From positions 13,082,001 to 13,146,000 of the forward strand of contig CM022677.1 of the NCBI GenBank assembly GCA_012295275.1: a DNA stretch of 64,000 bases, in the 5' to 3' direction. The notes under the pieces are model-generated. The model made no database searches. It was not told where the DNA came from and worked only from the letters and a program-made list of their open reading frames with translations. Of the stretch, positions 51,721-64,000 are shown in pieces. The DNA comes from Chrysomallon squamiferum (lineage: Eukaryota; Animalia; Mollusca). Numbering within the stretch: the first letter of the stretch is position 1; every line of letters starts with the position of its first letter. The translations under genes were made by a program, and so were the position numbers.

Positions 51721-52717
51721 TTATTATAAGTAAGTAAACATTTTCTTTCTTCTCGTAGATGTAGATTTCTTTCTTCCTACGGATGGGTCCCTACATGGGT
51801 GTCCATGGGCAAAACCGTCTTCCCGTGTGTAGTGGTCCAACAAGCACGGCATGACAGGTCACATGATGCGAAAAGCAGCTCAAACCACAAACTGATAAAA
51901 AACACCCGATGAATATAAAGTTGATAATAATTATTAAAACACTATGTTATTTACGAAACATCATAAACGTGAAGAATGTGAATATGGTGATCAATAAATA
52001 TAATCATTGAAAATTAGATTAATTTATTACAACAATCGTACATCTAGTTTGAATAGCAAGACATATCTTTGCGGTAGACATACCTAAAATAAAATGAATT
52101 ACTTCGAAAATAAAAATATAATTATTGATGACAATAGTTAAAAAATAAATTATAATAAGATTTAAATCACTGATGATTTCGTGCTTACAAATTAGAATTT
52201 ATACTAACCATACACTCGGTGTTTTATAATGTTTATTTTTATATCGATCGGAGTTCAAAATAAAAATTAATATTCGGCTAACTTCGTTTTGACGTTCGGA
52301 TGTATGACGTCATCAATGCTTTGTTTACATAGATACAGTTGGCGATATTGAAGATAAGCGCATTCGAGTTAGTTCTGACTTTACTTTCCTTCTTTTTTAC
52401 TTTGTATATTGAATTGCATTTAGATTAGATAATCAACGATAACTGAAAACTGCGTGTATGCATTACTTTCTGACCTCTAATGCTATGATTCCTGTTTCTA
52501 ATATTGTTAATATACCCTTGTCAAAATATGTTTATTTTTACATAAAAATAACAATAATAATCAATTACAGATAGTGTTTCGAATGTTTTTATTTAAAAAG
52601 AATAAAGGAATGTAAAACATATCTTATTATATGACAACCATTATTTTATTAATTTTTCCCGTCTAAAAATATTTAGTGAATGGTTTCTATATATTTGAAC
52701 AGTTCTGTTATTTTCAG

Positions 52718-53288
52718 AATCCGTTTCGAAGAGCCCATGGACGTCGACCCCTTCGACGACAGAGACATTCAACCAATGGAGGTTGGTTGACCCCTTCGAC
52801 GACAGAGACATTCAACCAGTGGAGGTTGGTTGACCCCTTCGACGACAGAGACATTCAACCAATGGAGGTTGACCCCTTCGACGACAGAGACATTCAACCA
52901 GTGGAGGTTGACCCATTCGTGAAACCCATGGATACAACCTGAGTATGAGGTATCAAAATAAAATATTTTTGTTTTTTCGCAAATATTCTCTACTTTCATA
53001 TTAGACACAGCTATACTGCGAATGAAGTAAAGATAACATTACATAATAAATAAACATTTTTCTTTTCTTCTTGTACAGGTGGATTTCTTTGGTTCTCCCG
53101 ATCGTTCACGTCCAATGCAAGGACACCGACGTCCATGGGCTCCGCCCTCTTCCCGTGTATAGCGGGCCACGTGAAAAGCACGACCTGCAGCTGACTTGAA
53201 GCGAAAAGCAGCTCAAAGCAGGAACTGGCAAAAACAACTGATGAACACAAGTTAACAAAACGTTTCAATCACGAAACATCATAAACAT
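52718..53288 (+). pseudogene. Small two-exon unit with acidic PM(D/E)VDPFDDRDIQ repeats (52718-52949, 53079-53288)
   Basis: AG/GT-bounded exons. 39/43-bp repeats read FEEPMDVDPFDDRDIQPMEV; ggtt duplications break the frame. Exon 2 is paralogous to 51759-51970. CRE TGACGTCA at 52305. Confidence 0.4.
52746..52918. repeat. 39/43-bp tandem repeat, about 4 copies
   Basis: gaccccttcgacgacagagacattcaaccaatggaggtt(ggtt). Confidence 0.9.
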
Positions 53289-53640
53289 GTAAGTCATGCC
53301 AGTCATTTATATCTTGATCAGTGATGGTGACAGCAAATTAAAGAAGAATTTTCCTCTCAATGAATATATATTTACAAAACAGTAACAGTAATTCAGGAAT
53401 ATGTTTTAGAATACATATATATATATAATCAACCCATGTACATATTTTTACACTTGTAAAGATTAATATTTTTCTAAATAAAAAAATGGTGTTGTTTTTC
53501 TCTTTCATGCAATCACAGATTGAGCACAGATTTTGTTTTTAAAATCTACATTATTACATAATTAAGTATAGTTTATAAATTTTAATTTGTTCTATTTATT
53601 TATTATTCTGAAGCGTTCAAACTCATTTCAGAAATGATAT

Positions 53641-53883
53641 CAGATTTTATTCATACTGAGAAGACAGAAATCTCGTGTGGTTAGCCGCTCCGTATATCTT
53701 AGCGACCACACCCAGGACCGGTCCCAGGGATTTTCCTCTTTATATTCTAAAGATCTCAACTATACAAGGTGGCGCCATGACTACATGTGCAGGTACCTCC
53801 AGACATTGTTGTTCTGTTATATTAGCAGTTATATAATCTGTTATATTAGCACTTCACATAACAGTCGCTATTGGTATTAATGC

Positions 53884-53951
<68 letters not shown>

Positions 53952-54015
53952 ACAGATTTTATTCATACTGAGAAGACAGAAATCTCGTGTGGTTAGCCGC
54001 TCGGTGTATCTTAGC
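53641..54015. repeat. About 60-bp direct repeat (53641-53703 and 53953-54016)
   Basis: cagattttattcatactgagaagacagaaatctcgtgtggttagccgctc occurs twice. Confidence 0.85.
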
Positions 54016-56040
54016 AATCTATATATAGGGTATTGCTACTTTTTTCTAATTTAGAATACAGTGCCATTTCTTATCTTATTATATTTACCTACTAATCAGC
54101 AGATGAAGACTATGCTTTCGGTGTAGACAAACACAGACTAGATTTCCAGATTAATGTTCTCTTCATAAACAATGCTAGAAATCACTAGTATCTCATTAAC
54201 AATGTATTGCTACTTCCAGTCATGCCTCCCTCTAACTCCACATATTCCACAGTTTAGATATTACGCCAAATTCCATTGATATATCACTCAATCCAATGAC
54301 CTACAATGAGGACCTTATTTATTAACAATGTGATGTCTGAAAAGTAATTTCTTATATAATTGAAAACCTTTCAATCCATCATCCCTCTTTTTATCCTTTT
54401 ATTATTTTCTCAGTTCTTCTTTGCACCAAAACGTTTATCCATCTAACACTCCATCCATCCTTACCTACCTGCATGTTTCTATCTATCTATCGGTCTATCT
54501 ATATATTTGTTTTATTTCATCATCAATTTCTCTGACTATTTGTCTATATATCTGTATCTTTATTGGTCAACCTGTGGTGTAGCTTAATCTCGCATCTGCT
54601 CACCTCTTTCTAACAGAGTTATTAGAAACAGACTTTAATGAAGAGATATGATTTGTATACATGAGCCCATTACCTGTCTAGCTAACCATTTATTCATCAC
54701 TATCCTCTCTCTGTCTGTCTGTCTATATCTATTTTTATTTATATAATGATCTCTCATTCTCTGAAAAATCATACACTCACGGCATACTTCTCTGTTTCAT
54801 AGTGAGGTCAATACCTGTTCTCTCTCTGTAACACACAGACACATATAACCACACCTACACATCAGTTTATCTATGTTAGCTGTATATATATATATATATA
54901 TATGTACCTCATTATTGTCTACCTAATATATCAATCTATCTCTGAAGCGATGTCTATCTCTATATCAATCTATCTCACCTTCTCAGTTATACATAGCCAC
55001 AATCTATCTTGCATGTACATACGCACACACACACACACTACGTATACGCATTCTCTATTTACATTCTTTTTAAGTATTTAAATACAATCTTTCTATCTAG
55101 TTATCTAAATATAAATATTTGTATTTATCTATCTATTTATGCCATATGCATAACCAACACAGTCAGTCGTTCTTACAGATGTACAGGTATATTCTCATGC
55201 ATTCTATCTATCTTTCTAGTAATCCATCTACCGTTCTTCTGTCTATCAATTTACCTGTCTGTTATCATCTACCATCTATCCACCCTTTTTACACACACAC
55301 ACACATGTAGTTACTTATCCTTTTATATATATACATATACATACTAATGATCTTCTAAACAAACAAATACATTATCATTCCTATACACGTGTGTGTGTGT
55401 GTATGTATATAAGTATATATGTATGTGTGTATATTTATATGGATAGATGCATCCTTCCAACCAGCGTCAGTGAAAATTATTTATTTCATTTTAATTTATT
55501 TTATTTCAATTATTTTATTTTAGTTTTATTTATTTACTGATATTTTATATTTTTTGTATTTTTAAAAAAAAATTTGGCTGACGATGTTATGGAAAGTGGG
55601 AAAAAAAAATACTGCAAAAAAACAAAATGGGTACGAGATGGTATATTACGTCATTGTCAGAAAAAAAGAAAAAAGAAATGTTACCACGATTTCAGCAATT
55701 ACTACAGAGTATAGGCCATCTATGTATAAGAAGCATTGGTTATATGACATACTTCTCAAATTACTTTTAATTATCCATGTAGAATTATTGCATTAAAAGT
55801 GTGTAAATATTGATCGGCGTTCGATGCTGCCATCTTGGATTTCGATCGGAAGTTTCACGGAACTTTTTAAACTTCCAAATACAATTATTTTACGTCCATT
55901 TTCTGAACTTTTTTATGATTTACACTGATAACGATGGTTTTTCATATTACAAAACCGTGATCTCTTGCGCCTTTCCTAACTACTTTTTTAATCAAAGTAA
56001 ATGAAATAAATAAATAAAATAAATAAATGAAAAACATTAA

Positions 56041-56898
56041 ATGCACTTTCAAATATCAATAACATGGTGAAGTTAATTCATCTTAATCTAGCCTCTCACC
56101 TCTCAACTGCAATTCTACTATCTTAATAAAAAAAAGACAGAATAATAGGCATTATTAAACATTGATTCATTATTCAAATTGATAGATACGTTATACCTGT
56201 TAATGAAAAGTTAAGCTTATTATTTATTTATTTATTTATTATGCGAAATAAAATTATCTAATATTGTTAATTAAAAAACAATACCTCTATTTTTCAATAC
56301 ACTGTGTTTTCAATACATAATATTACCGCTACGCCTCTGTTTACAACATAAAACATGTAACATAAATAGTGATGGCGGTACTCAAGTTATTTTCATAACG
56401 CCGTGTAAAATTACTCCTACTTAGCTGTTCTGTGAAACATGTTCTGTTAATAAAATGTCACATTAGTATGGAAGCGTTCTCGATAATTCTACTGCTGTTT
56501 ATAAAAACACGCTAACCTGGAAGCCCAATCTACATTTCTGAATGTACACTCTTTTTTTCACAGTACAATCACACCTGTAATGTTTACTATAATGCTACAG
56601 TAACAACTAAAATAACAACAACAATGACAACGACAACTACAACAACAATAGTAATATAAAGAAAATAAAATTTTAATTTTTCTTCGATTTCTTTACTTCT
56701 CTATGTCCATAACACTTCAAATGTTAACATCATCGCTCCAGTCTGGATGTCAGTATATTTTATGACGTAGCTGTAGCTTCACACAGACAAGTACACTGGA
56801 GATATCCACTTTTCAATACTTTTTATTGACAAACAGAACATAAAAAAAATAATAAAAACAATTTAAAAAATGAAAGTGACCGAGACAATTATTTGAGG

Positions 56899-56942
<44 letters not shown>

Positions 56943-59900
56943 AATAAATAAATAAATAAACATTTACATCGTATAATCAAAAACATTTTTTATAATTTAG
57001 TAGGTGAGAGGTGTGTATTGAACATATTAAAGAGGCTTCTGGATTTTTTTTTTTTTTTTTTTTTAATTACCAATGTATGATTATACTTGAAAAAGTGAGA
57101 AGAGGATAGATTAATAATATGATATGTTGTAACTTGACGCATTACTTACATTTACTAACGCAGAATGTGCAAGATAAATATTTTGTTTTATAGAAGATCA
57201 GTGGATAATCAGAATTATTGCGCGCGCTTGTGGATTAACGTCATTTTTTATTGACTGTATTAGAGATTATAGAAGAAATAGAGTGTTTTGTACCCTTTTT
57301 TTCAACATTAGCTGTAGAGTTGATACTTAGCGAGTTAGATTTCCAGATTCGTATTATTAACAAAATACTTTTTTTTTACTTCCAGACAAAGTGTTATATG
57401 TAATTTAGGAAGTATACTTTTTCTGAGCAGAAGAACGATGAAGGTGATTTTCAATAATTACACCACAGACTGTGTTTTTAATTACATTTTTCTGGTGATT
57501 AATATTTAACCAGAATATTTTAAGAAATACGGTACTTGTTCGTCCTGTACAACGGTGAGTGTTTTGTGAAGACAAGTCGGGCTGTGCAGACGTGTAGCTG
57601 ACTGTGTGGATAAAACGTGTTTCAGTAAAAATTCTGCTGTCCAGTTTTGTTCTTCCAAAAGTCAAGTCATGATACAAATCGTATTTGAGTATTTACTGAA
57701 ACATTAAACTTTGACGTACAGTGTAGTTTTCTATGGACAAATTGCTGGACGGAATTTACGTTCTATAAATTAACAGGGGATGAAGATTTCAGTTTTATAA
57801 ACTGAGATTCAACCATAAATAGCTTGAAATATTATGAATACCACTATTTACACTGATTATCTTTAATTGAAATAAATAAATAAATAAATATAATTTTAAT
57901 TTTAATACCGACTGCACATTTTATCTAATGGATGTTGGATATTAATAGTATGTATCATTATATATGTATTTGAGACGGCACCAGTTTAATCTGATATTTT
58001 AAATACCTTCAGGAAAGACTGTATCTTTTATGATGCAAAATAGAGATAAAACATAACAAAACATCACGTTATTTTCACTAAGTATCAATAAACGTCGCAG
58101 GTTTTATATATAAAATGTGAATTACGTCGCGTTTTACAAAACAGAAAACTTCGCTTATCTCTGTGAATTTTAATTTTAATGTCCTTTACTTTGCAATCTC
58201 AAATTTTGTGATTCAAGTAACGTGTAACTTCTCACGTGTTCAGTATTAATTTTTTATTTTTATTTTTATTTTTGTTGATAAGAAATTGTAACTCAGTTTA
58301 ACAGTAAAATATTTCACAACAGAGGGTTCCCCTGTGTATCTAGTCATTAAGTTATTTATTTCTGAATTTAAAAGTCCAGCTCTGAAAGCCACTATAAAAT
58401 AAAAGGTCAGATCCATATCAATGTGATATTTGATTAACAGCAGAACAGATTACATTAATTCACGTTAATACATAAAACCAGCGACGTTTATATTATAAAT
58501 TGATACTGTGTGAAAATAACGTGATGTTTTATTATATTTTCCTTTATTTTGCATCATAACAAATATTGATAATTTCTAGTACATTTTATTTAAATTGTGC
58601 AGTCGGTATTAAATTTAAGATTGTATTTATTTAGTTATTTAGTTATTTTTGTAAATACAACAATAACTACAATAATACTAATTAAAATGATAAATAAAAT
58701 AATAAGTAAGAAAGACTACTGAATGAAGGATAAAAGAAAAAAGAAAGCATATATTCTTTATACTAGATCATGCTATAATTGGTTGAATCTCAGTTTATTC
58801 ATATAAAACTGAAATCTTATTTGTTTATAGAACGTAAACTCTGTCCAGCGTCACAATTTACGTCTAGAAAACGTCAAAGTTTCGTGTTTTAGTAAATTCT
58901 CAGATACAAGTTTTATCATGTCTCGACACTGATTTTTGGAATAACAATACTGGACAGCAGATGTTTTAATATATCTGCACAGTCCGACTTGTATTTGCAA
59001 CTTTCACCCCAACGTTTCTTCACAAAACACATGCCATTGTTTAGGACGAACAAGTACGACATTTCTTAAAGTTTACTGATTAAATATTAATTACCATAAA
59101 ATTAAAAACACAGGCTATGGTGTAATTATTGAAAATCACCTTCATCTTTCTCCCTCACTGACTCCAGGTTAGAAAAAGTAAATTTCTAAAATATACCCAA
59201 CGCTTTGCCAGGAATTTAAAAATAATACTTTGTTCTATTACTACTTTGTCAGGAAGAGAGAAAAAAAAAAAAAAAGCCACACACACACCCTTACAAAAAA
59301 AAAAAATATATATATATTTTGTTAATGACATGAATCTGTAAATGGGTATATTTCTCCACTAGAATAAAACCTAAGTATCAACTTTTCAGCAAGTTGAAAA
59401 AAGGGTACATAATTCTCTGTTTCCTTACAGCATTCACAGATTTAGAGTTCTAGTTTTATTGTAATAACAAAGGTGACATACTTTTCTTTTCTTTTTTTGT
59501 TTAATAATCTCTAATAAAGTCAATAATAATAAAAAAAAAAGTTAATCTATAAGCACGAGCTAAATTTCTCATTATCCACTGATCTTCTATAAAATAAAAT
59601 ATTTTTCTTCGGCATTCAGCACTAGTAAATATCGTAATGTGGTCAAGTAAAAAAATGTCATATTATTAATCTATCCTCTTCTCAACTTTTCAGTATAATC
59701 CTACATTGTTAATTTAAAAATCACAATGAAGAAGCCTATTTAATATTTTCAATGTACACTTCTGACCTACATAAAAAATTATAATAAACGTACGCATCAT
59801 TTTTTTTTATTATACGATGTTTATTTATTTATTTATTTATTATTATTATTAGTAGTAGTAGTAGTAGTGGTAGTAGTAGTAGTAGTAGTAGTAGTCATTG

Positions 59901-60793
59901 AGCTTCTCAGATAAATGTCTTGCTCATTCTCACCTTTTTATTGTTATCTATAAAAAATTAACAAATAAAAATTAAATACAAAAATACAACATCATGTTTT
60001 ATTTCACAATAAAGAGGACTGAAAAGATGATATCTCCAGTGTACTTGTCTGTGCAAAGCTATAGCTACGTCATAAAATGTATTGAAATCTAGACCTGTAG
60101 TGATGATGTTAACATTTCAAGTGCTATAGATGCTGAGAAGTAAAGAAATAGAATAAAGATTAAAATTTTATTTTCTTTATATTACTATTGTTATTGTCAT
60201 TGTTGTTGTCGTTGTTCTTGTTGTTGATGTTGTTTTATGTGTTTACTAAAGCATTATAGTAAACATTACTGTGAAAACTCTGTGATTCAGAAATGTAGAT
60301 TGGGCTTCCAGGTCAGCATGTTTTTATAAACAACAGTAGAATTATATGTGAAATCCAAAATGTCGACAACGCTTCCATTCTAATGTGACATTTTATTACA
60401 TCAGAACATGTTTCACTGAAAAGCTAAGTAGGAGTAATTTTACACGTCGTTATGAAAATAAGATGCATGTTGTTAATATAGGCGCAGCGATAATATTATG
60501 TATTGAAAAGATAGCGAATTGAAAAATATAGCTGTTTTGGGGGGTTATTTTTTAATTATCAAGATTAGATAATTTTATTTCGCAGTAAATAATTAGCTTA
60601 TTGTTTAATTAATTGATATATCGTACCTAACAAGTTGACTAATAAATCAACGTTTAAGGAAGAGTATTATTCTCTCTCTCTTTTTTTAATTTTTTAATTT
60701 TGTTTTATTAAGATAGTAGAATTGCAGTTGAGAGGTGACAGGCTAGATTAAGATGAATTAACTTCACCATGTTATTGATATTTGCAACTGCAT
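56041..60793. repeat. Long imperfect inverted repeat (palindrome): arms about 56041-58124 and 58456-60793, spacer about 330 bp
   Basis: Colinear reverse-complement anchors along the whole length: aacatggtgaagttaattcatcttaatctagcc (56061/60740-60772), gtgtaaaattactcctacttagct (56403/60422-60445), gacaagtacactggagatatc (56787/60029-60049), gatgaaggtgattttcaataattacacca (57437/59118-59146) and acatcacgttattttcac (58061/58510-58527). Confidence 0.95.
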
Positions 60794-61519
60794 CTTTCTT
60801 AAATACTAAAATAGTCCAGAATATAGAGAAACATTAATAAAAGCAACATTATTATTAAAAGAGAAGTGAAAAGGCGAAAATGCGCGAGATGAGCCTTATA
60901 ATATTATAAGACAAGTTTTGTAAATATACTGCGCTGTTACAGATTAATTCTTATTTAACTGTAGAAAGTGATATTCTATTGTCTCCCATAAAAATTAAAG
61001 TCAGAACTAGACAATTAATATTCAGCTAGGAATAATCTAGAGAGCTATATATAAATGCGTTCATCATAATAACAAGAACATTTGTTTTTTCATTACTGCA
61101 AAACAAAGGACATTTCTGTTGCAGTTTTCAGTGGCAAGCTTAATAATAAATGTATTAATATTTATATTAATCTCGAAGATCCTTCAGTATTTTCAGCATA
61201 CAGAGAACCTCTCCCATTGAGATAAAATATCATCGCTGCTTTATTATCAATGTTTTCTGCAGTGTTTATCATTTCTTTTACTGACGTTTTAATTACAGCG
61301 ACACCTGCACTTATCACTGTAATCTGAGAGGTAGATAGGTAGGTGGATAGACAGACAGACACACCGATAGATGGACAGTGAGACAGACATAATAATACCA
61401 CTTTTCCATTCAGTCTCACCTACAGTTTGACAGACAAAAGGAAACAACAACATGGACTTAACAATGTGTAATGTAGCTATTTCTGTTTCAAAACACACAA
61501 ACACTATGAGCACTATAAA

Positions 61520-62200
61520 CTGTTGTCAGAGGCCAGATCTGCCCCGATGACTTGGGGTAAATCTGGCCCCCACATTCATGAGTAGTTTGGCCCTCAAATT
61601 TGTTGTACTGATTATTGCTATATAATCATTGTTTACTACTAATAATAATTAGTCCTAATCAGAATACAAGTCAAATTCAAAACTTCAATAAACTAAACTT
61701 CTTTCAAATATCACACAAGAATACAATATCTTTCAAGTCTGCACCAGCTGGGATTTCGAGGTTTGCGCAAGAATCAAGACAATGCCAATTTGGGCACCCG
61801 TCACATCCTATGAACTCGTCAGAATTCATTCCATCAACTCTGCCACAGAGTTCACATTTTTCTTATGTATTCTACTACATCTCTGTCTTCTAGTTCAGGC
61901 TCATCACCATCAACGTTTTCTTTGACTGCATCCACCGGTTCTGCTGTAGCATTCAAATTGAACTGCCGTTTTGACTTTGATATCTTCTATTTTTTGTTGT
62001 TGTAATTTTGCCTCTAAAACATTTGCTTTCTTTGCCTTTTCTTCCTCCTTCTTCTTCTCCTCTGCCAACTCTTCTTCATACCTCTTGACATTTTCTTCTT
62101 CTGTCAGTGCCTCGGCATACCTCATCCTCTTGATTTTATTTGAAGTTTGACAACGTGCCCGCCAGATGGACCGTGGACTTTCAACTGTTTCAAAAAACTT
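61520..62200 (-). mobile_element. 3' end of a pogo/Tigger-like transposon: K/E-rich region, PHD finger and terminal repeat
   Basis: KRMRYAEALTEEENVKRYEEELAEEKKKEEEKAKK, then KCELCGRVDGMNSDEFIGCDGCPNWHCLDSCANL...IVFLCDI*K (last Cys mutated to TGA). Terminal-like ggccagatctgcccc / ggggtaaatctggccccc at 61530-61573. The DDE core is not in view. Confidence 0.6.
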
Positions 62201-62799
62201 AAATAAAACGCAGAATAGACTACATCAATGCCAACACTATTGATTTCATCACCAAATATGAAGGCCAAGAAGTGTTTATAATATTAAAAGCCCTGACGTA
62301 TCACCAGTAATGGGAGGATTTTACTTCGCCATGTAAAAATTACATCGATTATAGTTATCTCCCTTTACAAACATAGAGTAGAATTATGTCTCTTAAAAGT
62401 GAAACATTTAATAATAATAAAAATAACATTTAATAATAATTTTTATTATGTAATAAAATCTGTGACATGTCTCTGTCTCCCCCACATATACACACGCAGA
62501 ACATGTGACTGTCCTCAGTAACGAACTGCCTCTATTACCCTGCAGCAGCAACTGATCCAAAAGTACTTACAGTTTGAGGAGAGTTTTCAGAAACAGTTTC
62601 TGACTTACTTTCCAGAACAGCTGCAGAGAGGGGTAGGTTATGAGGATTACTATGCTGATGAGCGTCTTACAGGAGCAGCATTCACATCTTGTGATGATGT
62701 CTCTCATCAGCTGTCATATTCACATCCCGCTCTGTCTCAATAAAAGGACAACAAGTAAATGGAAGGAGAGAAGTGATCACTGGATGAACATTCTCACTT

Positions 62800-63035
62800 A
62801 CGGTTCTCATTATCGGGGAGATGTTTAGGAAGATTTAATGCTGGGTTACGGCTATTATAGTGGGGTCTATGATATGTGTCGCTTGTGTTACATGTAGTGG
62901 ATCTGTAGTGCTATATCTTTTGAATCCAATATCTGGACATTTTTCGCCAGGTCACCAAGTGTGACCAAAGTTCCGTTTAGGCGACTGGGATGTTAAAAAC
63001 ATTAGTCGTGCAAAAAACAAAACAAAAAACAACTT
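62800..63035 (+). mobile_element. Possible SINE remnant
   Basis: GC-richer patch ending gactgggatgttaaaaac...(caaaa)n, similar to invertebrate SINE tails. No clear A/B boxes. Confidence 0.25.
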
Positions 63036-63835
63036 ATTTTGGTGACCATATTTTTTTTTCTATAAGTTATAACAAAAGAGCCACTGTTAATAATTTTATT
63101 TCAAATATTTATTTCACATAAAAGGATTGTTCATAGTTGCATAAGTTCGACGTATCGGCTTACCGTATTTGCCAAAATCTATTTATACACATTAATGCTA
63201 AAGTGAAGCCAGCTAACATTTCCAACCTTAACGTTATAGAGTTATCGGTTGGTTATCAAAACAGTTTACCATAGGCGATGACTATATCAGCAAGAGTTTG
63301 CTATTGTTTTTCCTTATTAATTCAAGTATTAGTTCGCTAAAGTGAAGCCAACGAACAAATCTAGCTAACTTTTACACCGTCAGGTTAAATAATTATTGCC
63401 CGGAATAAAAGACAAAAACAGTTTGTTTGAAAATGTATTAGCAGATGATTTGAATAATTAGGACTCAATTTTTCTAGTTATTTTAATTAATAAAGAATTT
63501 TGGTATTTCACTTTAGATGTTGCAAAAATAAGGTAAGCCAATACATCGAGATTACTGAACTCTGAGCAAATCTGTTCACTGGAAAAATGAGGACATAGAA
63601 ATAAGTAATGTTTCATGGTTTTAGAAATTCCGTAGCTACAGTTTGGTGTTCTGTTTATTTTGTGTATGAATTTTATTGAGTTTGGATTAGTTGACTAGCT
63701 GATTCTAAGTTGTAAGGTTCTTATGTACTTTCTCACTAAAATTATTTTGGGATTTGAAAATGAAAGATATAATTAATGTTTATTTTCTATCTTTACTATT
63801 CACCCATTCCAGTCCACAATTCAATATGGCTGACT

Positions 63836-63990
63836 GTTAGTTCAAGGCAGTGCATGGTATGTACCATCCTCTCAGTCAGTCTATTTGTTCAAGGGAGGGC
63901 ACTATGGTATGTACTATACTGTCAGTGAGTCTGTTCAAGCAGTACACTATATCTAGAATTACAGATTGTGGTATGTACTACCATGTAAAT
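63836..63990. repeat. Degenerate tandem repeat of about 48 bp
   Basis: gttcaag...atggtatgtac...tcagt.agtct recurs about 3 times. Confidence 0.6.
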
Positions 63991-64000
63991 GAGACTGATT

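Noticed and set aside
56041-60793. Palindrome as an assembly or chimeric-read artefact
   Set aside because: The arms differ by many substitutions and indels; artefactual foldbacks would be near-identical.
62500-62745. Possible plus-strand exon (LQQQLIQKYLQFEESFQKQFLTYFPEQ...)
   Set aside because: Stop near the acceptor in the open frame, no donor or partner exons, and no recognisable family.

Overview
AT-rich, CpG-poor, microsatellite-dense animal genomic DNA with spliceosomal GT-AG exon remnants. A lophotrochozoan or mollusc origin is my inference from the repeat types and is not proven. I find no confidently intact protein-coding gene; most ORFs in the supplied track are microsatellite or antisense artefacts. 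The window contains decayed DNA transposons (Ginger2/KRBA2-like integrase carrying a 21-bp array, piggyBac, a Sola2 deletion derivative with about 620-bp TIRs and a CTAT TSD, a pogo-like PHD-bearing 3' end) and a LINE 3' fragment. It also contains a chain of decayed exons from several unrelated host genes, nearly all on the minus strand: calcium-binding EGF, F-box/LRR-type, RI-type LRR, CAMSAP/Patronin (two copies, scrambled exon order), TOPORS/ICP0-type RING, and an unidentified exon pair. Locally duplicated modules often join at microsatellites or satellites. There is a satellite with a palindromic core and (CA)n spacers, a 200-N assembly gap, and a 4.75-kb imperfect palindrome. The most interesting features are the strand-polarised exon mosaic with antisense transposons and the long palindrome; both are candidate small-RNA or chimeric-transcript loci. 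All family assignments come from manual translation and motif recall, not from database searches.
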